NCBI RefSeq assembly: GCF_024521635.1
Contig: NW_026250422.1
Span: forward strand, 248,001-312,000
Reading direction: 5' to 3'
DNA: 64,000 bases
Source: Tricharina praecox
Lineage: Eukaryota
Part shown: one piece after another, positions 25,120 through 38,979 of the stretch
Numbering within the stretch: the stretch's first letter is position 1
How the letters are laid out: each line of letters starts with the position of its first letter
Notes under the pieces: model-generated
Seen by the model: only the letters and a program-made list of their open reading frames with translations
The model's database searches: none
Told to the model about the DNA's origin: nothing
Made by a program: the position numbers and the translations under genes

Positions 25120-25603
25120 GGTCTGGAGTTTTGGCATTAGATGGATGGAACAGATGATTCCCTGGTTTGATTTTGGGGGTTTCTTGCTTAAGGCGGACGT
25201 GTAATTGCATGTATGAATGAATGATGAACGGGGGGTTTTGGATCATGTGCAGTCACTCAAGTTTCAAAGGACAACGAAAAAAACCTTTTTTTATTCCGCC
25301 TACAATATGCCCCTCCCCAACATACACGAGCACCCAATCCAAACCCGCATGCAAGAAGAAAGAGAAAAAAAGAATACCGAAAGAGAAGAAAAATGGACGG
25401 AAAAAAAAACCAGACGGTAAGAACGCATTCATGATCCCGCCACCAGGCTTTAGAATTCGTTCCACCACCTAAAACGCCCTACTCGGCCTCTCCCAAACCA
25501 ATCGACTTCCCTCACCGCGAGTCACCCCAGTCATTCCAGTCACCTCGGTCCCTGGCTTCCCCTTCCAAGGATCCTGGTGTAGCTTTTCCGATCGGATGTG
25601 CAC

Positions 25604-27240
25604 CTAATACGCCCTCTGCAGATTCCTGAGGTACCAGTCCACGAGTCTTCTTCCGACCTTTGCCTCAGAGACGTGCACGATATCGCCCTGGAGGGCGAAG
25701 TCGAGGTCACTGGTATGCGTCATTTCACCCTCGAGCAGGCTGCCCTCGGTCCATCGGAGCTGTCGGTTCTTCTGCTTGTAGACAACAAGCTGCTTCCTCA
25801 GCGTCTCGGCATCAGTCTCGACGAACTTGGCGAGCTTGTTGATGTCCATGGTGGTGTACAGCTTGAGGTAGCTCTTGAGGACGGGCGTGGAGATGGTGTT
25901 CTTGACGTCGTTCATGAACACCTTCAGGTGGTGCTGCGACGGGTCCACGTTGTTCTCGGGGTTGTCGAAATCCGGGGGAATCGGGGAGATGAATTTGGGG
26001 CACGCAGAGAGGAAGAGCTCTTCGAAGATCGGGAGGGACTCGGCTCCGCCACGCTGCATCCGGGTGAACTGGTCACCGTACTTCTCACGGAGAGTGGCGT
26101 GGATAGTGTCGTCGAGGCGGACGGGGCAGAGGGCTACACAGATCGCCATGAGCGCATACATCTGGTCGTTCTTCTTGGTGATCTGTAAGGTGTAAGTAAG
26201 GAGAGGGGGGATCTAGGAAGCAATGGGGATTACCGAGTCGAACTGGGAGTTCTTCTGGAAGTTCTTTGTCCTTGAGACGTAGACCAGGATGTGGGAGAAG
26301 GTCCGGATGGCATCCGCGTAACGGCGGAGCATCATGTAGGAGAAACCGACATAGTAGTATCTATGATTGCATGTTAGCTTGCTTCCTCCGTCGGGTAGAG
26401 AGCCGATAACTTACGTGGTGAAGTGGGCGGCCATGACCTTAGCAAATACGGCCTTCTTGTTGAGCTCAATGTCATCGAGTGTCTTCAATGCCAGTGTGAA
26501 GTCTCCCAACAGGCAGTGTACTCGGAGGAGTCCGATGATACTGAAGTAACCCAGCATCCGGTACAACGGCCGGGAACCATATTCTCCCGCAACAGAGCTG
26601 CAGCACCCTATTAACACCGTGTTTCCTATAGGGTTGGTGGCTTCTGGTTGCTTACTTGGGGTCCTCACTCCGCTTGATGGCAGCAAGCTGCTCGTTCATC
26701 TGCGAGCGCTGGATGAGCGAGTACAGAACGTTCAGGACGCTGTAGCAACCCCAAGTCTGGGGGTTATCCCTAAGCGCCTGGATCTCCTCCTCGTTCTGGG
26801 CCTTCTTCGCTACGCGCTGACGGTAGGTGCAGAAGCTGTTGAACTGGTAGATGAACTCATCGATGACATCCCATGCCCAGTAGTACTAAAGCCCATCACA
26901 TCAGTCCCACTCCAGTTCCCAACCAACCGACAATCCAACTCACGGTAGGAAGCTCCAGATCCACAGGCCCATCCGAGTTCAGGATGAAATGGAAGAGACT
27001 GCAGTAGTTGTCGTAGCTCAGGAAGCGAGCGGGCAATCCAGCCTGGAACTCGAGCGGCGTGGCAGCAGCTGTTAACCGCGCCTGCAGGTCATCGCCTGTA
27101 ACTTGTATTCCGCCCGAGGCGCTTCCAGCGTCATCGAAGTCTCCATCGTCCTCCTGCATCGCCTCGACAAGCGTGGTGGCCAGAACTTCGTCATCACTGT
27201 CGTCCTCGTGCGTGAGGCGCGCAACACCTCCGTTCATCAT
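25604..27240 (-). CDS. eIF3l: Translation initiation factor eIF3 subunit L
   Basis: [82 protein letters not shown]. Confidence 0.95.
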
Positions 27241-27705
27241 CTTGGCGGGCGGATGTGTTTATGAAAATCGATTCGAAGGAATTCGGTAGGTGGTGGAGGT
27301 CGAGCGGGCGGGGTGAATCGTTTCGTTTTCGTTGGCCGTTCGTTCGTTAGACCAACGTTGTGGAGATGGTGGGGCACTTTTTCGTGATAGGGTAAACGGC
27401 GGCTGGCTGTTAAAGTTGGAGTGAAAATCTTGGCCTCCGCTAACGAACGACGAGGGTTTTGCCCTTGCGATTGAAGGTAAAGAGCAACAAGTCTCGTCGA
27501 TTCCAATAGAAATTATCGAAAGAGAGTCTCAATTCAATTCTAGTGTGCCAACCGTCATTCTCCGGGACGTTTCTTTGCTGTCCAAATTGTGTCTCGTCCG
27601 CAGCTATGCGAGTGACCGTCTATGATCAATAATTAAACTCTGCTTTACCCTGCCGCTTCACGACACCCCACCAGGACCCAATCGCAACCCCACCAAACCA
27701 GCACC

Positions 27706-30407
27706 ATGCCCCCCAAAGCCGCCAGTTTAAACCCGCGCAATTCACAAAACGGCGATATTTTCACAGTGTATTCTCATACTCCTCTCCGCTTTTTTTTTGT
27801 GCCGTTCTTTGGAGCTGATGGTGCAACAAACCAAAAAGCCGTCCCCTACCAAGCCCCGTCAACCATAAATCCTTCCTGCGCGCAAATGTGCACCGCAGTG
27901 TCCTCGCGCCGCTGGAGCTGAAGTCCGGCGAGATATGCCAGATCTCGGCGCAGGGCAGCGACCATGAGGATGGTGCAGCGAAGTGGTGGCCCGCCGTGAT
28001 CTGGCTGGCCGCTGATCCGCATTTGCAGCGACATGCCGTGCTGGTGTCGGAGACTGTGCGCGCGCTGGTCGGTGTGGGTTTTGAGAACAAGGTCGTGTTG
28101 CGACGGTATCAGGGCAATATCGGAGTCGCTGAAAAGGTGACCGTGCGGGAGGTGCCGGGCGACGCTGATGTGGATGTCGAGGGTGGTGGCGCATTGATGA
28201 GGGCGGCTGACAGAGATGGTTGGAGGTTTTTTTTGGAGCATACCTTGAGTAAGATGCACCCCCGCAGACTATGGCGGCCCGGCACTGATACCAGGTGTAT
28301 AGTGGAGACCAAGACTGTCTTTGAGGGCCTGACGTTTACGGATATCGAGTTCAAGGGGCGCAAAAGGTGTTTCCGAGTGGAAAAGATCATAGCGGCGGCC
28401 GATGCGCCAAACACAGTTTTCGCGGCGGACAAGAAGTCCAGTCCCACAGTACCCGCGTTCACAATGAGCGAATCGACGACGATAAAGCTCCTCACCGAGA
28501 CCATTACGGAGCCCACCAAAAAGAAGCCTGCAGCAAAACCCGCAGCGGCGGCCATAGAACCCACCAAAACCCCCATCCCCGCCAAAGCCACAAAATCCTC
28601 AGTACCGCCAACAGTAGTCAGCGCCGCGACGCCCTCGAACGTAACCTTCAGCTCGATCGGCGGTCTCTCGACGCAAATCGACCGGCTGCGCACGCTCCTC
28701 GTCTCGGTGCTCGAAGACGCTGACGAGTTTTCGCGCAAGGGGCTCATTCCGCCGCGGGGAATCCTTCTCTACGGCCCACCCGGCACCGGAAAAACCATGA
28801 TGCTCAAGGCGGCGGCCAGCGAGATCAAGGCGAACGCCTACGTGATCGATGGCAAGGTGATGGGCAAGTACCTCGGCGAGTCGGAAGCGGCCATCCGCAA
28901 GATCTTTGCCGAGGCGCGGAAAAACCAGCCATCGATCATCTTCATGGACGAAGTGGACAGTCTTGCGCCCAAGCGGTCGCACGGAGAGGGCAGCGAGGGA
29001 AGAGTGGTGGCCACGCTGCTGACGGAAATGGACGGAATGGAGTCGGCGGCGGAGGACGGGAGCATGCGGGTTGCCATAGTTGCCGCTACGAATAGGCCCA
29101 ATGCTATCGACGAGGCCCTCAGGCGAGCCGGTCGGTTCGAGAAGGAGCTGGAGATCGGAATCCCCGATGTCGATGCCCGCCGGGAAATTTTGACTCTTCT
29201 GACACGGAAACTGGACTTCGAGAGCGATTCTGAAACAACCAAGGCCGAGTTTGTGGCCGCCCTGGCTGCACGAACCCACGGATACGTGGGTGCCGATCTT
29301 GAAGCCGTTATACGTGGCGGGTTTACATTAGCGCTGAACCGCCGACGACGAGATGCTGCCGCCGCTGCTGCCGCCATCGCCGTCGCCATCGCCGCCCCAC
29401 CTCCAGACGAACCAACCGCCACCCCCTCCTCCCCGCTGCCGCCACCGAAGAAAGACGTAACCCTGATCCCCGCCGACCTCGAAGCGGCACTGAAAGAAGT
29501 CAAGCCCACAGCCATGCGGGAAATCTTCATCGAGCCGCCCAAAGTCCGATGGAGCGACATCGGCGGACAAGAAGAAGTGAAGCAGCGGCTGCGGGAAGCC
29601 GTTGAATGGCCGTTGACACACCCGGAGGTGTTCTCGCGGCTCGGCGGCACGCCCCGCAAGGGGCTGCTTTTGTACGGCCCACCCGGCTGCTCCAAAACGC
29701 TGACTGCCAAAGCGCTCGCGACGGAAGCCGGCCTGAACTTTATGGCCGTCAAGGGCCCAGAGCTGTTCAGCATGTACGTCGGCGAGTCGGAGCGCGCAGT
29801 GCGCGAGGTGTTCCGTAAGGCCCGCGCCGCAAGCCCGAGTATCATCTTCTTTGATGAGATCGATGCGCTCACCGCGTCACGTGAGGGCTCTAGAGGTGGC
29901 GGCGCGAACGTGCTTACCGCCCTGCTTAACGAAATGGACGGTATCGAGACATTGAAGAATGTTGTCATCCTGGCGGCTACTAATAGGCCGGAGATCATCG
30001 TGCGTACTCTACCTTCCCGTTCCACCCACCCCACCCACCCATCCAGCTAACCCCGCGCACAGGACCCCGCCCTCATGCGCCCCGGCCGACTGGACACGAT
30101 CCTGTACGTCGGGCCGCCGGACCTCGCCGCACGTATCGAGATCCTCAAGATCAAGACGCGAAAGATGGCGATCTCCGCTGAGGTGGACATATCATCGCTA
30201 GCGGAGCGACTGGACGGGTTCTCGGGCGCCGAGATTGTCAACATCTGCGACGAGGCGATTCACTACGCGATGCGCGAGAGCTTCGATATCGAAGCCGTCG
30301 GCACTAGCCATTTCGACATGGCTGTGGGAAAAGCGGTCCCACAGATCACGCAGGCGATGAGATGGAAGTATGAACAGTGGAGTGTGGGCGGGGTTAAGAA
30401 AATTTAG
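27706..30407 (+). CDS. AFG2: AAA+ ATPase Afg2/Drg1 (SPATA5-like), two AAA modules, pre-60S maturation
   Basis: D1 GILLYGPPGTGKT, D2 GLLLYGPPGCSKT with KGPELFSMYVGESERAVREVFRKARAASPSIIFFDEID, and PTAMREIFIEPPKVRWSDIGGQ. Introns at 27768-27838, probably 28249-28302, and 30000-30062. Confidence 0.9.
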
Positions 30408-30744
30408 ATATAGATATAGAGGGGTGGAATTGATACCAGACATGGACAAAACAGCAGTGGGGCGCCGTTTATCATTCATCGTTCATCGGTCACCGTGCCA
30501 GTCCTCCCTTCCGCAGTCCAGTCCAGTCTAGCAAATAGTAAACAATAAAACCACCAGGAAAGGAAGCCTCCGAACCAAATAAAATAAAAAATTTGCTCAA
30601 GCGGGTATCATAGTATCATACAAAACAACGATTCCATCCATCCATCCATCCATCCATCCTCTGTCCAGCCATAACGATAAAAACGCCTCCAGCCTCCCAA
30701 ACTAAACGCATAACCCCTCGCCGCAAAACAGCAATGCAAACCCA

Positions 30745-33262
30745 TTAAAAACATTCATCAAGACTATCCTCCTCCACCACCGAAGCATCACCCACACCAT
30801 CACCCGTACCATCCTTCTCCTTCTCCTTCTCGAGCTCCAGCCCTAGCACCTCCTTCCCCCTCGTGCTTTCCTCTCCCACCCCACCCTCCCTTACAACCCC
30901 CTCATCAGCGGCACCATCCATAAAACCAGCGCGCTCCAGCACCCTCTCAGCGGCGGCGCCCTCAGTCCGGAGAGCGATGGAGTGCGTGGGCGAGCTCTCG
31001 ACACTCGCACTCCTGGGCGCAGCCTTACTGAGTTCCTCAAAGAGCTTGATAAGCTTTCCGGAGACGGAGCCGGACGGGGACGGGAGCGGCGAGGTGGTGG
31101 TGGTGATGATGTGGTGGAATTCCTTGTTTGACACGCGGGTGAGGAGCGGCACGAGTGCTGGGCGGTGAGGCGTTTCCGGCGGCTCGGTGGTGTCGGCAGC
31201 GGTGGCGGCGGCGGGGTTGCTACTGGTTTCGGGGGTTGCGTTCTCGCCGTAGGATATTGCCGAGGGGAGGGGAGCTGGGGAGCCGCTGGGAGACACTAGG
31301 CTCCCGAGCGCCGAGTCCGGCGGCGTTGGCTTGCTCGGGATGATCTCTGCAACGGGCGAGGCCGGGTCCTACCACACACACAGCATCAGAAAATCCACCA
31401 CCATGACATTTGGAGAAAAAAACAGCATACCTCATCCCTCCAGCGCACCTCCTTCTTTGACGCCGGCGACCCCTTGATGCTGCTGCCGCTCTCGAAGCTC
31501 TCCTCATTGAGCTGGCCAAGCACACTAACGCCCTTCTCGATCCACTTACCCTTGCTCCTCCACTTCTGCTGCGACGAGTCTTCACCAGGCAGGTTATCGA
31601 ACGACTTGTGGGGGACGTCATAGGCCTCGTCGAAGCCGGTCCAGTAGTCCTGGTCGACGTTTTCCGCGCCGTAGAGGCCATCAGCAGCGGGAGAGGTCTG
31701 TCCCTTCGACAGCGGGCTGAGATCGGGTGGGGGCAAGACAAACTTATTCGCGAGTGGACCAGCGAGGTCACGGAAGCGTGCGCCCACCGCCCTGTTTCTG
31801 GGCACCGCGGAGGGGCGCGGAGGAGGGGTGGCGACGATTGCGACTTGCTCCCTGGCGTACTGCTCTTCCTCGCGCTGGCCAAGCGTAGCCTCCAACTCGG
31901 TAATAACGTGCTTGAACCGCTCGATCAACGCCTGCTTTCTAACATCCGGCATTGATCGGATGAGCTCCAGCTTGGGAATCATCATGTCCAGACTGTCGTC
32001 CTCGGAAGAAAACGACTGGTGTTCTCCACCATCCAGCATGGAACCGGTGACATTCCGCAACTCCCTTGGGAGCTCCGTAGAAAACTCCATCCCCACCTTC
32101 TCCTTTCCCTTTCCCTTTCCCTTCCCCATCCCCTTATCAGCACCCCCCCTCACCGGCGAGCCCAACCCCTCCTCCATCGCCTGCCTCAGCGCGACCTCAA
32201 TCCTGACGGGGCTAAAGCCTTCGTTGGCCACAGTACTAGTAGGACTTGCGCCCCTCCACCTCTCGAGATCCGTAGCGGGCGAGGGCCACAAAGTCGGGCT
32301 CATGGACACGGAAATATCCAGCGGGCTGGGGCTCGGACTCCAGTGGGTGCCGGCCGACCAATGCGGCGAGAACGGCACGGTGGTGAAGTCGAGGTCGAAG
32401 CGTGGCTCGTTCTCTTGCGAGTTGGAGTTGGACACCGTAAGCATCTCGACCTGCGTGTCGATGCGAAGGCGAGTGCTGACTTCGGGCGCGGTGCTGTATA
32501 CCGACTCCCCGTCCTCTCCGTCCTCACCCTCCGCCTCCGACTCCTCCCCATCCTCCACCTCCACATCCCCAAGCCCCTCCCCACCACCGCAGCCAGCAGC
32601 TGCAAAGCCCCCATTCCCAAACTTGATTGCCCCCGTCCTCTGCGGCGTAGTGACATCCGTATGCCCACGTTCACGCTCACGTTCACAATACCTGTGTACA
32701 CACCATCAGCCACCACCAGCACCACCACGCACCAGGGAATAACCCACCCCAACATAGCCTTCTGCAAACCGTCCAAGCCGTCCAGACCAGCCAGCATCCC
32801 CGCCACAGCACCGTCGACAGCACCGTTGCCAGTCCCAACAGTCCCCGTCCCAAACCTGAAGAAGAACCGGAAGAACCGAAAATGCTCGACGCCATGGTAG
32901 TAGATAAGGCCCGCTATCAGGAGGGGCGAGAGTAGAATTCTATTCCCCGTCCCAAGACGTAGTTCGTTAGTTAGGCAGTTCCTTCCTCACACTCCCTCCA
33001 GCCAACCTAGGTACTCAGGTACCCAGGCAGTCACCCCAGCCAGTACCCAGCAACCAGCAACCAGCAACCAAACCCCAAGAGTGCTCACGTACGTAAACAA
33101 CACAACCGACAGCAGCGTAGCCGGCACGAGCAGTATCAGCAGGGCCAGCGAGACAACGAATCTCCAGGCTGCAGAAGCCATGCATTCCATGCTCCTCAAG
33201 CCTCTGCCAAAGCTGCCGCCGAAGTCGAAGCCGAAGCCGAAGGGAGCCATCGCCATTGCCAT
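30745..33262 (-). CDS. Hypothetical protein with N-terminal hydrophobic segments followed by a long acidic/Ser/Pro-rich region (spliced; start uncertain)
   Basis: ORF pieces 32987-33280, 32300-32806, 31386-32564 and 30745-31296 can be joined by GT-AG introns, e.g. AMLG|YCERER across about 32747-32692. Short coiled-coil-like stretch ALIERFKHVITELEATL. No family recognised. Confidence 0.65.
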
Positions 33263-33595
33263 TGCAATTGTGAACCACAAGAAGAAGAAGAAGACTCGCG
33301 AGAAGAGAGAAAAGAGGATGGGATTGGGATTGTTCAGAGTACCGTGGGATCCAAAATAGGTGCGTGGATGGGTGGGTCAGAGGCTCAGAGGCACATCTCG
33401 AGTCTCGAAAGGTTCGAGATGAGATGAGCTGGGCTGGGTGAGGAGGGAATGAATACCTAGTAGTAGTATGTAGTAGTAGTATGTAGTAGTAGTATGTAGT
33501 ACCATAGCAGCAATGGAGCCGGTCCAGGGGGGGGTCCCATAGCTGGGCCGAGTGCGACGTCATGTGTCCAATGTTTACGACGACCTCTTCCCTGC

Positions 33596-33668
33596 TCCCT
33601 CAGCCTCAGCCTCGCCCTCACCCTCACCCTCACCCTCTCCCTCACCCTCACCCTCTCTCCCTCACCCT
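33596..33668. repeat. Imperfect (CCCTCA)n/(CCTCAG)n hexanucleotide microsatellite
   Basis: Direct reading of the sequence. Confidence 0.8.
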
Positions 33669-34400
33669 CTCTCCCCCTTCGATGTATCATACGCACATGA
33701 ACTTAAGTCATAGCAAGCAGTTGCATTCATATCTATTCTTCAGCAAGAGCATCTGACAGAAAAAATTGTCAACAGGCAGAAGAATCCCCATAGGTAAGTG
33801 GTAAGTGATCAATGGCCACCATAATAAAATGGGCCAACAAGAATCGAAAAAAGAAAAAAGAAAGAAAAAAAAAGAAAACGCCATACAAAACAAAAGGATG
33901 AAAAAAGGGACTTTTGATGAAAACCGAAACCCTCCCAATACGCAATGAAGAAAAGAAAGAAAAGAAAGAAGAAACCATTCATGCCCGTGCTGCCTTCCCC
34001 TTGATCCTCCGCGTACCCTCCGTAAGGAGCACTCCCATCATCCCAAATCATCCATCATGACACCATCTTTTCCGTCATCCCATAACCATTTCCCCATCCA
34101 GCCCCTACCAAATCGACCCAATATACCAGAAGGAAAAAAAGAGAAACCAAAGAGAAAAAAAAGATTATCCCCCCCTCCCCCAAAGCGCCCGACGAGAAGA
34201 GAAACAAGAAATTAAGATGCCAGCCCCAACTTTTCATCCAGATACAGCGAGAAATGGAAGACGAATAGTAAGAAATCACAGAACAAAGTGCAATACCCCC
34301 AGACCCGGCAATTAAAAGATGCAAACCCACGGAAAAACACCATTCTAAAAAGATTCTATACCCAGACGCCCTCCCCCAAGAGTAACCAACAACCTACCTT

Positions 34401-37400
34401 TTAAGCCTCTTCGGTGACAGGTTTTGCGTTCGATACCTGTGGCGAGTTGTTGTTCGAGGGAGGGGGAGACGTGGTATCGTTTCCATCTTGTCCGGACAGG
34501 GCACTATGGAAAGGTTAGCAAGCATGAACCCAAAACATCCACCAGGTAAAAAAAAAAAAGACTTACCTGAACATGTTCGGCGACGAAGTCGAAGCGGGAG
34601 CGGGAGGAGTGGCAGTGCGAGATCCAGAGTCTTGCATTCCACGCCTGCTGCTATTGCTGCGGGGGCCCATCAACGACGACTGGGGGAAGAATGACTGGCT
34701 CATGTTTGCTGCCGGCCTAGGCCTGTTTCGCAACTTGCTAAGATCATCAGTGTTCACAGTACCAGAGGTCTTGTGGTCGTGATAACTCTGCTGGAAGCCG
34801 CCCGGATTCTGCCCACGGCTAGGCTGAGGACGGTTCCGATTGGCCCTGGAGATGGCCTCCTTCTCTTGCTGTGCCTTCATGGCCTCCTCACGAACCTCCA
34901 AGATGGTCTTGGGGCCCTTGTCCTGCTCGTTCGATTCCCATTTTCTCCTACGCAGATCTGTCATGTCCTGGAGGAAGAAAAGAAAAATGTTAGTTACGTC
35001 AAACGAAAACAGAGAAAAGGGGAATAAAAAGTTTACCATCAACATGAACCGCATACGGCTGTTCAGCTCCTTATTCTCAACCATGGCTGTGATGCGACCG
35101 AAGTAAGCATCCATCATAGGTCTACTCTTCTCGGAAGAGTCGAGCTGTCCTCCGATGGTACGCAGAAGTTTAGACAAACTCTCAACGGTCTCATCCTCAG
35201 GAAGACCTTCGAAGTCCAGAAGCTTGCGAACACACTCATTCATGATGCGCTCTGTAAGCATACCCAACTTGAAGAGCTCTCCGATGAATTGAACCAGACC
35301 GAGACCACGACGCTTGGCGGCGGCGGCAATGTAGTACTCATCCGACAGCATGAGGACCTCTTCACCGGCACCCTTGGTCTGGTCGGGGAGGTTAACCTTC
35401 CAACCACGCTCGAACTCCTCTTGGCAGCGGTTGAGCAAGTATTTGCGGAAAAGATTTCCACCGGTGACGACAACACCGTTCTTGTCCTTGATGTTCTCGT
35501 CCTTGATACTAGGATCCATAGTCTCCAACATGCGCTTGCAGAACTTTGCGTACATGGAAGCCCAGTGAGCCTCGTCGGTAGCCTTCTCGAAGGTCAACTG
35601 GATAACCTGGCGCAGGGTACGGCCGTCGCTCTCGTGCTTGGACTGCCCGGTGATCTCGAGGATCTGGTCCGAGATCTTGTCGAACTTCTCGGGAGTCATC
35701 TTGTTCAATGCGGCCTTGACCTTACGTTGCACCATCTCGGGCGACATGAGACCATCCGCAACCGCGGTCGCACCCGCACCGGGAGGACCCGCGCCGGGGG
35801 CAGCAGCTGCTACTACCGGAGTGTCGACAGCCTTAAACCTTCCTGGCGTCCATCTGTTGGCCGAAACTGGAAGAGGCTTGACATCAGACAGAGGAATGGT
35901 CGGTTGCGAACCCTGCTGGCGGGAGTCGGATCTCTCCATGGAGGGAGCTGCGCCGGTGTTGCCTCGCTTGCTACTTCCACGAGCAGATCTATTGCTCGTA
36001 CGGGGGCTTTGAGGTAATGCACCAGACGCGGATCCGGACAGAGAAGTGCTCGAGTTTGTGCGGCCCGCCATGTTGCTGTTAGAGCGGCCAAATCCAAGGT
36101 TATTTGCGGCGAGAGGGATGGGAGTCGACTGCTTGAAGCGCTCCATCGAACTCATGCTGGCGGCCTTAGCACCAGCGCCGGGAGGACCGGTAAAGCTTCC
36201 CATCGCACCACCACCGGAGAACATGGAAAGGCCACCGCGAGAGGACGAGGAGCGGGGAGCCAATCCGGAAGGAGTGCGCGTAGGACCATTCGGACGGACG
36301 GGCTCGGAGTCGCCGACAGTGTCCCGCATCCTCTGGTCCCAGTCGGGGGAAGGCTTCTCTGTGAAGACGGTCTGGAATTGCATCAAGAAATCCTTATCGT
36401 ACTTGAACTTGGTAGCCGTGGCCATAGGGTTCAGAGCCGGGTTGGGGGACGCAATTCCCTCGGGATACTGAAGGCCCTTCAGGTTGTCCACTGGTCGAGC
36501 ACTGCGCAGCGCGGTGAGCTGTGGGGTGAGCTGCGCGGATGGCAGGCCCGACTCGTTGGTCTGAATCTGAAGGTTGAGGGGACTTGGCTTGCTACGGGGC
36601 TTCTCGGCAGCCTTGAGCGACGGTGGCGGCATGGACTCGCCATCTGCGGGAGTAGAAACCATGGGGGTTTCCGAAGGAGTCGAGGGTGCTTCCTTCTCGG
36701 CTTCGGCCTTTGCTTCCGCGGCCTTGGCAGCTTCCGCAGCGGCATCGGCTTCAGCCCGGACTTCGGCTTCCTCCTTGGCCTTAGCATCTGCTTCCTCCTT
36801 AGCCTTGGCATCTGCTTCCTCCTTGGCTTTCGCCGCGGTGGCCGCCTCCTCGGCTTCCTTGGCTACCTTCTCCTCGGCTTCTTTGGCTGCCTTCTCCTCG
36901 GCCTCAGCCTTTACCTTCGCCTCCTCAGCCTCCTTGGCCTCCTGTTCCTCCTTTGCCTTGGCTTCCGCTTCGGTCTTGGCCTTGGCCTCGGCTTCGGCCT
37001 TGGCTTCGGCTTCGGCTTCGGCCTCCGCATCGGCCTTAGCCTTGGCCTCTACTTCGGCCTTGACCTTGGCCTCGGCTTCGGCCTTGACCTTGGCCTCGGC
37101 TTCTTCCTTCGCCTTCGCAACAGTGGCGGCAGCTTCCTTGTCCTCTTCGGCCCTCTTATCCGTCAACATGGCCCTGGCCTTGACCTGCTCACGCATCTCG
37201 CGCCTCTTATCCTCGGCAGTCTTGTTGCTGCGACTAGTAGAACGATTGTGAGGAGTCTCGGGACGAGAAGGTGTGCGGCCAGACGCGGGACTCGGCGACT
37301 GAACGATAACCGGATTGGATGCAGCCGCCACCGGCGTAGTGGGTTGGGGAACGATGGGGGCATTGGTGGTTGGGTCCCTGATCGGAATGGCTTTGGATGA

Positions 37401-38979
37401 TTTGGGAACAACCCTATACGCGTTCTGTTGTGGGAGAGGGGCACTCTGCTGGGGAGGGGGGGCCATGTGTTGAGGCGGGGCACCCATCATCATCTGGCCG
37501 TGAGGCCCGTGGGGATGTCCGTGCTGTGCGTGCTGTCCGTGCTGCCCGATGCTAGAGGACGGCCGGATCTCAGGGTTTTGACTCGAGGAGCGAGACATGG
37601 CTGTATTCTGCTGAGGGTACGGGAATCCGCCTCCACCCATCTGGGGAACCAGCTGCGAATAACCGGGCGCCGGGCTGGTCTGTGTGAACTGCTGGTAGCC
37701 CATCGCGTATTGTTGAGGGTAGTAAGCGGGTTCGGAGGGGTACATCGGCTGCATGTATTGCTATCGGACGTTAGCTATGGGGAGACATGGAAGCGAGGAG
37801 TATAGTTACCACTTGCGGGCTGCCCTGGGGAATAAAGGGCTGGCCGTGGGGCTGAGGGTACAGCTGCTGAGTGGTAGGGATAGCGGGTGCCATCGAAGGC
37901 GATTGGTGGGCGGACACGTGCGACAACGCCGGACTTCTCGGGACAACGCGAGGGGAGTTGGAGAATTGCTGTTGCGGGTACGGGCCAGCAGCACCCATGT
38001 TTGCCGGACCGTTGCGTTGCTGGTGCTGGTTCTGTCCCTGGTAACCCCGTCCAGCGCCGTATCCACTCTGGTTTCCACCACCACCTCCGTACTGCTGGTT
38101 CTGGTATGGACCTTGGGTGAAATGAGGGCGGCCTCGACCCGCCGGAGCCATTCCACGTCCGTGAGACATGTTGATGGGAGCCTCGGACTGAGCAGAATCT
38201 TGCCGGTTGTGTCCTCCCACACCGCCACCACCACCACCGCCACCACCACCACGACCCATCGAGCCTGGCCCTTGCGGCGGATTGTGCGAATGAGGCTGTA
38301 CGTGTCTCTGTTGGGGGATAGTATCGCCAAACTGGATAGGCTTGGTAGCTCCGGGGGGAGGTGGGAGACCTCCACTGGCAGAGGGTTGGGTGGCAGCTGG
38401 TGAAGGGGAACTTGCTCTCGGGTTCTGTGCCATGGGTGCAGTCAGGTTGTTGTTGTTTCCTGCTGCGACGGCGGACCCCGATGTTTGCGGTCCGGTTCCG
38501 GACTCGTTGATGGTGCCGAACTTGATGTTCGGAACTCCTCGTGAAGAACCGTTTGGCATTGTGGCAATGGAGGATTTGCGGCTATGGTGTCCTCCACTGA
38601 AAGGTGTAGAAGCGCCGTTGGAATTTCCACTGTTACCGAGTGTAGGAACAGCCGGAGTTATCGATTTGCCATTCACCGGTACTGACGTAGTCGAAGCGGA
38701 CCGGGCATGTTGTCCAGCGGCACCACCAGAGACTTGGGATGGGGCAGTGCTTGAAGAGCTAGCTGCGTTGCCACCGGGTCCAGACGGTACTTTCTTAGAG
38801 CTGAGTACGGCGTTGGCGTACGACGTCGCTCGCGGGGCGGGGGCGCTGGTCTGCACGGCGGCAGATGCAGACTGACCGCTTGTTGAAGGTGAGCGTGCGG
38901 GACCGGTAGACGACGAAGTGGGAGCGTTCGTGGAATTCTGCGGAGCGGCGGAGGAAGAGTTTACGGCGATGCTTGTCAT
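34401..38979 (-). CDS. TIF4631: Translation initiation factor eIF4G (4 exons)
   Basis: eIF4E-binding motif KFKYDKDFLMQF. MIF4G domain VQRKVKAALNKMTPEKF...IFRKYLLNRCQEEFE-like...AKRRGLGLVQFIGELFKL...SRMRFML. A/E/K-rich coiled coil. Last exon SALSGQDG...TEEA* ends at 34401. Confidence 0.95.

Noticed and set aside
28838..30034. 398-aa minus-strand ORF
   Set aside because: Antisense to AFG2; a typical codon-bias shadow.
36378..37400. Long plus-strand ORFs (340 aa and 225 aa) antisense to eIF4G
   Set aside because: These are shadows of the A/E/K-rich repeat and biased codon usage of eIF4G.
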